A program made the translations under genes and the position numbers. The notes under the pieces are model-generated. The model ran no database searches and was not told where the DNA came from. It saw only the letters and a list, made by a program, of their open reading frames with translations. Shown here one piece after another: positions 45,761 to 54,448 of a stretch of 64,000 nt of DNA (positions within the stretch are counted from its first letter, which is position 1; the number at the start of each line of letters is the position of its first letter). Where the stretch lies: the sequence record LR535910.1; one strand, 5' to 3'.

Positions 45761-46150
45761 ATGATGCGTGCTGTATTAGCTGTGTTTATAGTCTGCGTTA
45801 CTGCGCCAGTAAACGCCTTTACCATTCAGGACTTCCCGCAGTATAAACCGATGTGGGAAACCGACGCACCTGTAAAATTTAGCGACAAAGATGAACCAGT
45901 CGTGACGGTGGAAAATGGTGAGTTTGCCGTGGTTAACTACGGACGTTCTGAACTGTGTCCAGGCGGTGGCTTTTATCTCGTTAACACAAAGCGCAAGACG
46001 TACCAGCCAATAGATGCGGGTACGTGTTCGTCGAAAGTTAAAGCGACAATTGCCCCGTCAGTACGAACACACTGCAGAGTTAATAACCTACGGTTAACTT
46101 TTTGGGTAGGTAAAGAAATTTCCGCACGGTATCCTTTGTACGATTATTAA
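45761..46150 (+). CDS. Predicted exported protein
   Basis: 129 aa; signal peptide MRAVLAVFIVCVTAPVNA; three Cys in mature part; GAGGA RBS. Confidence 0.8.
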   Translation: MMRAVLAVFIVCVTAPVNAFTIQDFPQYKPMWETDAPVKFSDKDEPVVTVENGEFAVVNYGRSELCPGGGFYLVNTKRKTYQPIDAGTCSSKVKATIAPSVRTHCRVNNLRLTFWVGKEISARYPLYDY

Positions 46151-46158
46151 ACACAGCG

Positions 46159-46195
46159 TATAGGGGCTTCGGCCCCTATACTGTTTATTATTTTC
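46159..46195 (+). terminator. Intrinsic terminator
   Basis: TATAGGGGC-TTCG-GCCCCTATA plus T-rich tail. Confidence 0.85.
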
Positions 46196-46240
46196 CTGTG
46201 AAGTATTATGACCCCCTTAATCAAATACCAGGAGCGAGGC

Positions 46241-46858
46241 ATGTCTTTTGTTATTGACTTTAACCACCATCATAGTCAAACCTTGCTCGATTTAGTCAAT
46301 GCTTTTAATGCTGAAACCGTTTATACGCCCCTGACCACAGAACGTATCCGTGTGGAGAGTTATGGTCCACCGGAACCGGACGGTCGTGTAAGTGCTTTGC
46401 TGACTAATAAGAGTAAGCCAGATGACTATGTGGTTGTGCGTTACCGCAAATTGAGCTTAAATGATATAATCACATTGGGACCTGAACATCTCACGTGGTT
46501 TGATTTGTCGAAAGGTAAACCGGCCGATTTGCGCGTATGGTCTGAACCTGCAATGGCCAGTTTTGAATCGGCGTGTGCAGAACGCGGCATCGTTGTAAGT
46601 AAGGCGTGGGAAAACCCCGCGCAATGCCACGTAGAGTACGACATCCTGACCGATCGATACATCCTCGTCTATGAATGTGAATCGTTTGTTTACGAATCAC
46701 GCACACGTATTACGCTACCGTACCATATCGGCCAAGACTTAACCAAGACAACGCTGCCTGGTCTGGAATACGACTTGGCTGGTTTCTGGGGGCGTAAGCT
46801 GTTAGAAGAAGTGACTATCACGAAGCTTAACGGTTTTCGTTATCGTGTGTTTGTTTAA
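46241..46858 (+). CDS. Virion structural protein, paralog of 41413 and 63335 (SPN3US gp91-like)
   Basis: 205 aa from ATG 46241 (GGAG/GAGG RBS); TATG at 46207 is more likely a late start site than a start codon; ends RKLLEEVTITKLNGFRY. Confidence 0.7.
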   Translation: MSFVIDFNHHHSQTLLDLVNAFNAETVYTPLTTERIRVESYGPPEPDGRVSALLTNKSKPDDYVVVRYRKLSLNDIITLGPEHLTWFDLSKGKPADLRVWSEPAMASFESACAERGIVVSKAWENPAQCHVEYDILTDRYILVYECESFVYESRTRITLPYHIGQDLTKTTLPGLEYDLAGFWGRKLLEEVTITKLNGFRYRVFV

Positions 46859-46863
46859 GACAC

Positions 46864-46904
46864 TACCCTCGCCCGTTTAGCGAGGGTAGGTATTTATTTT
46901 TTTC
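46864..46904 (+). terminator. Intrinsic terminator
   Basis: TACCCTCGC-CCGTTTA-GCGAGGGTA plus T-tract. Confidence 0.8.
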
Positions 46905-46939
46905 TTACGAATCGTCCACTCCGTATAGGAGGTAAGTCC

Positions 46940-47539
46940 ATGAAAAAGATTTATAAAATTGCGGTAATCGGTTCTCGGAAGACTGATGAAGATACCATGT
47001 CTGAAATGTACATGCGATTGTTACGTGGGTTTAATGCGCTGCACGCCAAAGATTACACGATTCATTTTTCTTCTGGCGGCTGCTGGTGTGGTCCAGACCA
47101 ATTGCAATTCCGATTTGCCCGACAGTGGGCGAATACAATCGACCAGAACACTGGCAAGAAAGTGGTGTGGGATGATGAGTTCATTTGTTACCTACCCGAT
47201 GAGAAAAAGCTCTGGCTCAAGAAACAGAATCCCAACGTAGAGTTCCGTGTAATCCCTCAGGATGACCGCTATCGTGAGATAGTAGGTAAGCTTCATCCCG
47301 CGCCAGAAAAGCTCCAGGAGTTCGCCTGGGCGCTTCATGGCCGTAATCTGAATATAATTATGGGCGATGATTTAGCAACGCCTGTAGACGCAGTTTATTA
47401 CTCTGCGCCTTTAGATAAACAAGGTAATCCGACCGGCGGTACTGCCATGGGCGTGAAATACGCTAAGCAGTGTGGTATTCCTTGTTACCACCATGCGCTT
47501 GAAGGACATCTGTGGCTTGAGAGCTTGTGCTTATTATGA
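46940..47539 (+). CDS. SLOG-superfamily (DprA/Smf-like) nucleotide-binding protein
   Basis: KIAVIGSR, FSSGGCWCGPD, RN at GRNLNII, GGTAMGVKYAKQCGIP; GGAGG RBS. Confidence 0.75.
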   Translation: MKKIYKIAVIGSRKTDEDTMSEMYMRLLRGFNALHAKDYTIHFSSGGCWCGPDQLQFRFARQWANTIDQNTGKKVVWDDEFICYLPDEKKLWLKKQNPNVEFRVIPQDDRYREIVGKLHPAPEKLQEFAWALHGRNLNIIMGDDLATPVDAVYYSAPLDKQGNPTGGTAMGVKYAKQCGIPCYHHALEGHLWLESLCLL

Positions 47540-47569
47540 CCACGTTGCCTTTAATCAGAGGTCGCTATT

Positions 47570-47842
47570 ATGCAAACTACCAGTTTAGCTCGTCGTTTGT
47601 GGGAAGCATTCTTCCCTACGCCGTCAAAACCGATTAAGAAGGTGACTAGCCTTCGCTTGTTCCCAGGCTCCGAGGATGAGTTCTTCGATTACCTGGAACG
47701 CCACGGTTTTGATTCGAAAGTCGCACCACAAGAAAATGACCCAATTCAGACAGTTTACACCACGCCGGATACGGGAGAGATATTTGCCTTGTGTGTTCGA
47801 TGGCCACATCGCAACTACTACTATACTTTGACGCAGATGTAA
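47570..47842 (+). CDS. Hypothetical protein
   Basis: 90 aa; GAGG RBS; TATG at 47535 upstream. Confidence 0.8.
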   Translation: MQTTSLARRLWEAFFPTPSKPIKKVTSLRLFPGSEDEFFDYLERHGFDSKVAPQENDPIQTVYTTPDTGEIFALCVRWPHRNYYYTLTQM

Positions 47843-47852
47843 GGAGCAGGGG

Positions 47853-48986
47853 ATGTCGACGCTCGATTTAGATTTAGAAGTCCTGACTGACGACCACGAT
47901 CGCCTGGTCGCACTCGAAGGTCTGGGAGTTAAGCCCGACTTCCCTGCGGTTTGCGCGATCCGTCAGCGTTGGTGCTTAACCGACGACGGTGAAGATATGT
48001 TGGTTGCTCGTGAATCGCGCGAAGCGATGGAGCGTGCTCAGTTTATGACTGATACTGACCCGCGGGCTGGCATCCATCGCGCAGCAGGGCGCATTACTGC
48101 GAAAGCTGTTAAAGGTACTGGAAAGTTAGTGGGTGCTGGACTAGGTGCAACCGCAAAGGGCGCGGGTAAACTTTCGAAAAAGCTCGCATTACGCTTTTAC
48201 GATTTCGCGGAAGCGCTAGCGAAAGAACAAGCCGACCGTTTGAAAGAAATAACTTCGAAAGCTGCTTTCATGGAACGTAAGCTCAATAAGCTTAAAACGC
48301 GAATGTCGCTGCTAGATAACCACAAAACACTCGCTGCGGTCGACGTTCACACGAGTAGCTGGACGTCTAAAATTTGCTTTGAAGATCGACCCGATTTTGA
48401 AGCGTGTGTTAAGTTTTCTAAACAAACAAATGCGTACGAAGGCGTCGTGCAAAAGTACACGGTTTACACACGCACCGCTCTGAAGAAAAGCAAAGCATTC
48501 GAAGGGCCGGGCTTAAAACAAATCAGCAAGTCCACGAACTGGGCAGTTAAGCGTGCTGCTGGGTTGCTTGGCATCATCGATCCCTTTAAAAAGGTGGAAG
48601 CTTTTCCTGTCCCTGGAAATATCGTTGTGGTTGAGCACTATAGTGGTAAGGTCAGTTGGGCAATTGCGCGTGACGGTGAGTATGGTGAAACCATTAAATC
48701 GCTGGATATGCATCAGTGTGGGAAAGCAATAGAGGCTGTGGAAGCACTTATCAAATCTATTGCTGCACGTGGAACAAAGAACCGTGTTGTGGGCTACACC
48801 GGCATTTACGAAGAAGTGGAAGCGATGAAGTCCGAGCTTAAGAACCTAGAAGGGGATGAGCTGAAGGAGGCCACGTTACGTTACCGTAATGCAATGGCGA
48901 TGGAAGACGCTTTCACCACGGCGTTGGTACGTGTGGCGGAGGGTCTAATGGAGTGGACGAAGCAATCGTTGGCTGAGGTGAAATGA
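47853..48986 (+). CDS. Divergent third paralog of the inner head protein family
   Basis: 377 aa; ALEG and ARES sites; TSSWTSKICFEDRPD, FPVPGNIVV and ALVRVAEGLMEW align in order with SGGFISKLSIEGDFD, ALPGNAYV and VGNTVISGLNGY of the 12365 protein. Confidence 0.7.
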   Translation: MSTLDLDLEVLTDDHDRLVALEGLGVKPDFPAVCAIRQRWCLTDDGEDMLVARESREAMERAQFMTDTDPRAGIHRAAGRITAKAVKGTGKLVGAGLGATAKGAGKLSKKLALRFYDFAEALAKEQADRLKEITSKAAFMERKLNKLKTRMSLLDNHKTLAAVDVHTSSWTSKICFEDRPDFEACVKFSKQTNAYEGVVQKYTVYTRTALKKSKAFEGPGLKQISKSTNWAVKRAAGLLGIIDPFKKVEAFPVPGNIVVVEHYSGKVSWAIARDGEYGETIKSLDMHQCGKAIEAVEALIKSIAARGTKNRVVGYTGIYEEVEAMKSELKNLEGDELKEATLRYRNAMAMEDAFTTALVRVAEGLMEWTKQSLAEVK

Positions 48987-49450
48987 TGAAAATTGTTTTT
49001 GTCACCAAGCCCAACTCTCCGTATGGAAAGAAATACTACGCGGACTTGTTAGGACTACACAACAAGTTATACGACGATCAGAAAATAAAACTTGCCGACT
49101 TAAACGGTCGTGAAGGGTTTAATCAAATCTCAAAACTGGAGGAGGTTTGGGGTGAAGGTACGCTGTGCGCTTGCGCCGTTGATGACCGTGGTGTGGCTGT
49201 TGGCTTCATCACCTTTGGCTACACCAAAAAGGGACAACGTTTCCTCTGGGTATATAACTTTTTTGTAGATGAATCGGTTCGTTCACAAGGCGTTGGTCAT
49301 GAACTGATCGAAGCCGTAGAGAACTATGGCAAATCAAAAGGTTGCGCGTGGATGCAGCTTAACGTGCTCGGTAATAACGACCGTGCTATTGCGTTTTATG
49401 AACGTTTCGGATTCCGAACTGAATACCAGGATATGGTAAAGGAGCTTTAA
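48983..49450 (+). CDS. GNAT-family acetyltransferase
   Basis: NFFVDESVRSQGVGHELI and QLNVLGNNDRAIAFYERFGF are canonical motifs A and B; ATGA coupling. Confidence 0.93.
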   Translation: MMKIVFVTKPNSPYGKKYYADLLGLHNKLYDDQKIKLADLNGREGFNQISKLEEVWGEGTLCACAVDDRGVAVGFITFGYTKKGQRFLWVYNFFVDESVRSQGVGHELIEAVENYGKSKGCAWMQLNVLGNNDRAIAFYERFGFRTEYQDMVKEL

Positions 49451-49451
49451 C

Positions 49452-50060
49452 ATGGTAGCTGTCCGCAGCGTGCCACATCAGACTGGCTCGCGATATACTT
49501 TTTGTGTAAAGCGTTTTGGGGCAAGAAATCGCCCTGGTTGGAAGGTGGTACGTGCGATGGGACAGTTCTGGCAATTACCGCCCGGCACGTTAAAATATTT
49601 TTCAGTAGACAGAATAGCCCAGTTCTTAAATGCGGCTGACCCAAGTCAACGGTCCAGTTTTATAGCAGGGGTTGTTTGTCGTCCCGATGGGAAAACACGC
49701 GATGCAACCACACGTGGAATTTACTGGACAGGACAGAACGCGTTTCAGGTTGGCTTACCTTGCCTGAAGTGTGAAGTGACGCCGTTTAATGGCCCCTATG
49801 CCGATGCGTACTTCACCGGTATCTTTGTGTCGTTCCCAGACGACCCGTCTTTAAACTACTTTCTATCGGTAGACAAAGACGTCAGTATTGATACCTTCTA
49901 CAAATACTTGTTGTTTTACAGCCGGTATATCCGCGTGACTCCTGTGCATGAAGATTGGTATTATAAAAATCCCTTGAACTATGGGAGGGACAGGAGACTA
50001 GAAGGATGTTCTATCGAGAGCTTCAACTCTGTACCGCAGCGCTCCATGGCGCTAATGTGA
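49452..50060 (+). CDS. Hypothetical protein
   Basis: 202 aa; AAGGAG RBS. Confidence 0.8.
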   Translation: MVAVRSVPHQTGSRYTFCVKRFGARNRPGWKVVRAMGQFWQLPPGTLKYFSVDRIAQFLNAADPSQRSSFIAGVVCRPDGKTRDATTRGIYWTGQNAFQVGLPCLKCEVTPFNGPYADAYFTGIFVSFPDDPSLNYFLSVDKDVSIDTFYKYLLFYSRYIRVTPVHEDWYYKNPLNYGRDRRLEGCSIESFNSVPQRSMALM

Positions 50061-50377
50061 GCAAGAACGGGGACCTGGAAGACGTCGCGCAAGCCTTACG
50101 GGCTGTGTCGGAGGTTGACCAGGTCGACATCGACGCTAAGTATTTAGGCGGCGGTGTAAAGCGTATTCAGTTGACCGTGCGAGCCAAACATGGCAGCTGC
50201 TCGTTACATTTTCGAGTCAGTGCGGATTATTTCCTGGTACTGCGCTCCACATTCAGTCACGATGGTCGGACTCACCGGGTTCGGTGGATGCACGACATTA
50301 CTAAATTTGGCTACCCGCTTGCAGAACAACGTAAAGTCGTGCATGACTTTATGGCTGCAGTCGTTGCGGGGTTTTAA
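50057..50377 (+). CDS. Hypothetical protein
   Basis: 106 aa from GTG 50057 overlapping the upstream stop (GTGA). Confidence 0.7.
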   Translation: MSKNGDLEDVAQALRAVSEVDQVDIDAKYLGGGVKRIQLTVRAKHGSCSLHFRVSADYFLVLRSTFSHDGRTHRVRWMHDITKFGYPLAEQRKVVHDFMAAVVAGF

Positions 50378-50386
50378 GGGGAGACT

Positions 50387-50986
50387 GTGATGTCTGAGAT
50401 GATTCTCGATTCACTGTTTTTGATTACGGTTGCAAACATCAATAAAAACGGCAATCTTCCAGAATACGTAGACATAAGTCGTCATGGCTTTAAGCGTCGT
50501 TATCAAATCGGTAAGGTACTAGAGATTGCCTGTTTAGTAACGAACATGCGTAGACCGGTGGAAGGCTGTAGCGTTAAACATGCACAGATGATACTCGGGC
50601 GTGCTATTTCAGAAGTACGTCGTAAGCGTCGTCGTGCACCATATCGCTTTTATCCTAACTCCACCAAACAGGTGGTCGGTGAGGGGGAAGGTGTGGTTGA
50701 TTTGCGCGAGGCCAGTTGCAATGTAGGTGGTATTGCACGTGACTGGTTAATGAGCATTATCAGTAAGCATCCACGTACGCCTACACCGCAAGAAGGACAG
50801 GCGGTACTCGCACTTATGCGTAAGACCCATTTGGTGATTACTGACACACCAAACCAGGCAGCACGAATGCAGCACTATTTAGCATGTCGTGGATTTACCA
50901 CACTTGCAGTACCTTCAGAATACGCAGCTGATATTAAACTTCCGACAGTTCCCGAGTGGTCTGAACCGAAAGTTGATCATCAGTGA
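50387..50986 (+). CDS. Hypothetical basic protein
   Basis: 199 aa; GGGAG RBS; RRKRRR patch. Confidence 0.8.
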   Translation: MMSEMILDSLFLITVANINKNGNLPEYVDISRHGFKRRYQIGKVLEIACLVTNMRRPVEGCSVKHAQMILGRAISEVRRKRRRAPYRFYPNSTKQVVGEGEGVVDLREASCNVGGIARDWLMSIISKHPRTPTPQEGQAVLALMRKTHLVITDTPNQAARMQHYLACRGFTTLAVPSEYAADIKLPTVPEWSEPKVDHQ

Positions 50987-50991
50987 GTTAT

Positions 50992-51032
50992 ACCCACTCC
51001 TTCGGGAGTGGGTCGACTCTATTCTTTTTTTT
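50992..51032 (+). terminator. Intrinsic terminator
   Basis: ACCCACTCC-TTCG-GGAGTGGGT plus T-tract. Confidence 0.85.
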
Positions 51033-51034
51033 CT

Positions 51035-51057
51035 TTACGTCTGGTCGCTATATTGTG
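51035..51057 (+). promoter_or_regulatory. TTAC-N15-TGTG putative middle promoter
   Basis: TTAC 51035-38, TGTG 51054-57. Confidence 0.55.
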
Positions 51058-51096
51058 ACACCACTACAATTAATTAAACTTTTGGGGAAGAATAAA

Positions 51097-51720
51097 ATGT
51101 TAAACTCAGTGGCGCTGGATGGTCCAGATTTTTCTGGCAAATCAACACTCGCTAAAACGATTCAAGCGATGTTGCGCTCCGCTGGCGTTAATGCCATCAT
51201 CGTCAATCACCCGACGAATACCACTGAAGCCGGTATTAGTGCACGCTCTCTGGTTATCCAGCACGCCTCTAATGAACGTATTGCTAAAGCGATGTGTCTG
51301 GATTTCCAATACACGATGGATTTCGTTGTACCAGAGCACGATGTCGTTATTTTTGACCGTTTTTGTCAATCGACTATTGTCTACCAGGGCGTAGATGGTA
51401 AAGGGGAAGTTTTCCGTTCGCGGGTATTAGACCACATTAACGCACCAAAGCTTTACGTGGCAACCGATGTATCTTACGAAACCGCCACAGAACGCTTTAA
51501 GAAGCGCGTAGAAGCACAAGGTAAGCACTGGGATGATGAGGTACTGACAGCGAAGTATCTGCGCTCACAGACCGATTGGGACGCCTTACGCGACCATTAC
51601 CGTTTTGCGTTCCACATCACTACAGACGGTGGTGATAAGTTTCCACTGATGCGAATTACAGCAGACGACGATATGGCGTTACAGGCCGCCCGTATCGTTG
51701 AACGTATTCTGGCAGGTTAG
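51097..51720 (+). CDS. tmk: Thymidylate (dTMP) kinase
   Basis: 207 aa from ATG 51097; P-loop LDGPDFSGKST, VNHPT, VVIFDRFCQSTIVYQG, LDVS-like TDVSYETATERF. Confidence 0.92.
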   Translation: MLNSVALDGPDFSGKSTLAKTIQAMLRSAGVNAIIVNHPTNTTEAGISARSLVIQHASNERIAKAMCLDFQYTMDFVVPEHDVVIFDRFCQSTIVYQGVDGKGEVFRSRVLDHINAPKLYVATDVSYETATERFKKRVEAQGKHWDDEVLTAKYLRSQTDWDALRDHYRFAFHITTDGGDKFPLMRITADDDMALQAARIVERILAG

Positions 51721-51722
51721 TT

Positions 51723-51763
51723 GTACCCCTCTTACCTTCGGGTAAGAGGGCATTGTCTTTTTT
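51723..51763 (+). terminator. Intrinsic terminator, duplicate of 25485-25512
   Basis: GTACCCCTCTTACC-TTCG-GGTAAGAGGG. Confidence 0.88.
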
Positions 51764-51784
51764 ACAGATCAGAACAGTCCTATG
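51762..51784 (+). promoter_or_regulatory. TTAC-N15-TATG putative middle promoter
   Basis: TTAC 51762-65, TATG 51781-84. Confidence 0.55.
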
Positions 51785-51807
51785 CTTTTTGCTTCCAGTC
51801 CACTAAA

Positions 51808-51832
51808 TTTCAGATATATATTACCTTAGTGA
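51808..51832 (+). promoter_or_regulatory. Early promoter
   Basis: TTTCAGATATATATTACCTTAGTGA, 2 mismatches from 15051/23555 copies. Confidence 0.85.
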
Positions 51833-51882
51833 GAGTTGTCGTTAAACTCTCTAATCGACTATTAATCTAAAGGAGTATTCTA

Positions 51883-52248
51883 ATGCGTTTTAAACATCAA
51901 ACCGTTGTGTTGGCAAAGAAAGCATTTCTGGTTCGTCTCTCTTACATTATTACCCGTGTCACTGCGAAGGATGTTACGCAGAAAGACATTGCATTGTTGG
52001 TAGGCTGCTCACCGTCACAAATCTCTGCGATTAAAAATGAACGCGAGAAAGCTGTGACTATCGAAACTCTGATGCGTGTTGCCGATACACTGCGCCTGAA
52101 TTACGAAATCGTTTACCGTTCCATCAACGGCAAATGCCGCCATAGCTTCAAAATTGAATCCTGCATCGACTACATGAATAACTGTCCTATCCGGGTACGA
52201 GAAACAGGACTTAAAGTCATGGCACGTAAACCTTCTGCAGTGATGTAA
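51883..52248 (+). CDS. XRE/Cro-like helix-turn-helix protein
   Basis: VTQKDIALLVGCSPSQISAIKNERE...VTIETLMRVADTL. Confidence 0.88.
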   Translation: MRFKHQTVVLAKKAFLVRLSYIITRVTAKDVTQKDIALLVGCSPSQISAIKNEREKAVTIETLMRVADTLRLNYEIVYRSINGKCRHSFKIESCIDYMNNCPIRVRETGLKVMARKPSAVM

Positions 52249-52285
52249 ATTAAGGAGCATTTATGAACATAGATGAGGGCTTCGA

Positions 52286-52675
52286 ATGAACTGGTATGTG
52301 AGCGGTATCACCCGTCGTGTAATGACGGAAGAGGATGATCGATGTAAACATCTTAAAGTGGGGTCTATAGCTCCACGTTATACGGCAGAGTGCGACCCAT
52401 GGGGCCGCGAAACGTATTACATGTGCGAGAACTGCTGGGAAAAACTGCAGGCTGAAATTGCAGCTGAAGAAGTGGTCTGCGACGATTGCAAAGGTACCTT
52501 CCCGAAACGGGATACTGTTGAGTGGAAATGGCACGACTTTGACCCCAGTCAAGGGGATAAAGAACTTTGTATCTGTAATAACTGCGTGTCTTTACCGACA
52601 CATTTAAACCGTGTAGAGAATGACCGTCGGGCATTTGAACACGACTTTCCAGAAGCAGCTTTCTGGGATAACTAG
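52286..52675 (+). CDS. Cys-rich zinc-finger-like protein
   Basis: 129 aa; CENC, CDDC, CNNC pairs. Confidence 0.8.
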   Translation: MNWYVSGITRRVMTEEDDRCKHLKVGSIAPRYTAECDPWGRETYYMCENCWEKLQAEIAAEEVVCDDCKGTFPKRDTVEWKWHDFDPSQGDKELCICNNCVSLPTHLNRVENDRRAFEHDFPEAAFWDN

Positions 52676-52697
52676 TATAACCCTTAAGGAGTATATC

Positions 52698-53354
52698 ATG
52701 GCGAAGGCCCCTAAAACTGTAGCAAAAGATTCAATGGCAAGCAACGCGATTAAAGCCACAAAAACGCGTACTACCGAATCTCCACGCTCACCTACCATTC
52801 CTAAACCGGATGTAATTGTACCGATCAGCGAGCGTCTGAAAACAATTCACATCGAGCGCGAATATCCGATTGACCTTGGTCAGGAAATCGTTGCGGTTAA
52901 CCTTGGTAGCGACGTACGCTTTACCATCTATAAAGGCGCGCATCTGAACAACATGGTGCTAACCCGTGGTGATGAAGTTATCGGTCTGTCTCGTTACGAC
53001 ACGCAAATCGAAAACATCTATCCGGTGTTTGCAGTAGCGATGTTGCGTTTGTTCATGCAGGATAAAGCCGACCTTTGTGGTCAGCTTGCGGGTATGGCGG
53101 ATCGTGTTGGTCATATTCTGCCGACGCTGGTGAAACTGTACCCAGTTACGATTGACGTGGCGTTTACTACTGTAGACAACAACCACGGTTATATCGTGCT
53201 GACCAAAGACGGTAAAGTTATCGCTGGTAATCTGACTGATAACGAAGTGCAGAAGCATATGGACAAATTTGCGTTCATGGTGAATCGCTTGGCGCACGTC
53301 AGTGTCAAACATTCTGAAACTTGGACGACGCTTGTCTCCAAACCTGAACTGTAA
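52698..53354 (+). CDS. Hypothetical protein with disordered basic N-terminus
   Basis: 218 aa from ATG 52698 with TAAGGAG RBS. Confidence 0.85.
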   Translation: MAKAPKTVAKDSMASNAIKATKTRTTESPRSPTIPKPDVIVPISERLKTIHIEREYPIDLGQEIVAVNLGSDVRFTIYKGAHLNNMVLTRGDEVIGLSRYDTQIENIYPVFAVAMLRLFMQDKADLCGQLAGMADRVGHILPTLVKLYPVTIDVAFTTVDNNHGYIVLTKDGKVIAGNLTDNEVQKHMDKFAFMVNRLAHVSVKHSETWTTLVSKPEL

Positions 53355-53358
53355 TCAT

Positions 53359-53395
53359 TAAGGGGTCTTCGGACCCCTTAATTTTTTGTCTTTTT
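53359..53395 (+). terminator. Intrinsic terminator
   Basis: TAAGGGGTC-TTCG-GACCCCTTA plus T-tract. Confidence 0.9.
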
Positions 53396-53416
53396 ACGCG
53401 TTATCCTCATGTTGTG
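53394..53416 (+). promoter_or_regulatory. TTAC-N15-TGTG putative middle promoter
   Basis: TTAC 53394-97, TGTG 53413-16. Confidence 0.55.
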
Positions 53417-53443
53417 ACAGCATTACCTTTTGAGGGCATTACA

Positions 53444-54445
53444 ATGAAAACTGTGGCTAAATTGTTCCGCAGCAGCATTCGCTCTGCCGAGTTCCAAAAT
53501 AACGTCGGTACCGATACTGTACGAGCACGCCGCCTAAAAGAGTTTCTAAAGGACGAGACTTATTCTGTTTACGTGGTACGGAATAAAGAAACCTGGGAGG
53601 GTTATTTAGTGGCCACCTATCGACACGGTGACCCTACACTAACCTGTCACTATTTTGAGGAGTTTGTACCTGGGGCATTCGATAAAGTTGGTTTAGCCCT
53701 TGTGCTCGACCACACAGGCTTCGAATATATGTCGTGCCCGGCACCTACTGGCGATGTTGAACAAAAACTGGTCGAAAAAGGGTTTGTTCTTTCAGATATC
53801 GTCTGGGCATGTCATTCTAAACTGTTTGATAAAGTAATAACTGCATCGGAAATCAAGATTATTTCTGGTGACGCATACGCAGAACTTTCCAAGGACGACA
53901 AAGACGTTATCCTGAATCTGGTCAGTGGTGCAATTTGCGAAGAGCTAGAGTACGATGTGCGCGGCCACTATACGCACATTGGTCCGTTAGCAGAAACAGT
54001 AATAGCAAGAATTCAGCACGCTAATGTGGAAACCGCGATTTGGCGAGACGGGCGTGATATCGTCGGCATTGCCCAAATGCGTTTGGTCGCGCCAGGCGTC
54101 GTTGAACTTTCTGGCTTGACGGTTGCACCTACGCATCGTAAACGTGGCATTGGTCGCCGGCTAATGGGTGCGCTATTCGATTTCGCACAACGTCATTCCG
54201 ACCAAGTCTATATTGAAACAGCTGCTGATAATAATCCAGCAAATCACCTGTATGGTAACATCCTACGTTGCAAACAGGTACTGCGTACACTAACGTTGAA
54301 ACGCGACCCTGAGCTTATTAGCTGGAAACGCGTAAAAGGGAACCGCGCCGACCGAGTGCTGAAAGAAGAACCTAGCCTCCCGGTGGAGACCAACCCCAGA
54401 CCAACGATTAATGACATGTTTCAATCTGGCATGAGAGGATGCTAA
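53444..54445 (+). CDS. Tandem-GNAT acetyltransferase (degenerate N-domain, canonical C-domain)
   Basis: 333 aa from ATG 53444; LSGLTVAPTHRKRGIGRRLM and IETAADNNPANHLY; N-half ends QKLVEKGF. Confidence 0.85.
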   Translation: MKTVAKLFRSSIRSAEFQNNVGTDTVRARRLKEFLKDETYSVYVVRNKETWEGYLVATYRHGDPTLTCHYFEEFVPGAFDKVGLALVLDHTGFEYMSCPAPTGDVEQKLVEKGFVLSDIVWACHSKLFDKVITASEIKIISGDAYAELSKDDKDVILNLVSGAICEELEYDVRGHYTHIGPLAETVIARIQHANVETAIWRDGRDIVGIAQMRLVAPGVVELSGLTVAPTHRKRGIGRRLMGALFDFAQRHSDQVYIETAADNNPANHLYGNILRCKQVLRTLTLKRDPELISWKRVKGNRADRVLKEEPSLPVETNPRPTINDMFQSGMRGC

Positions 54446-54448
54446 CGG

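Noticed and set aside
50983-51096. Extended N-termini given by the track (50983; also 10750, 24122, 27410, 52620, 53414, 60934, 63317)
   Set aside because: They run through terminators, promoters or neighbouring genes; downstream ATGs have proper RBSs
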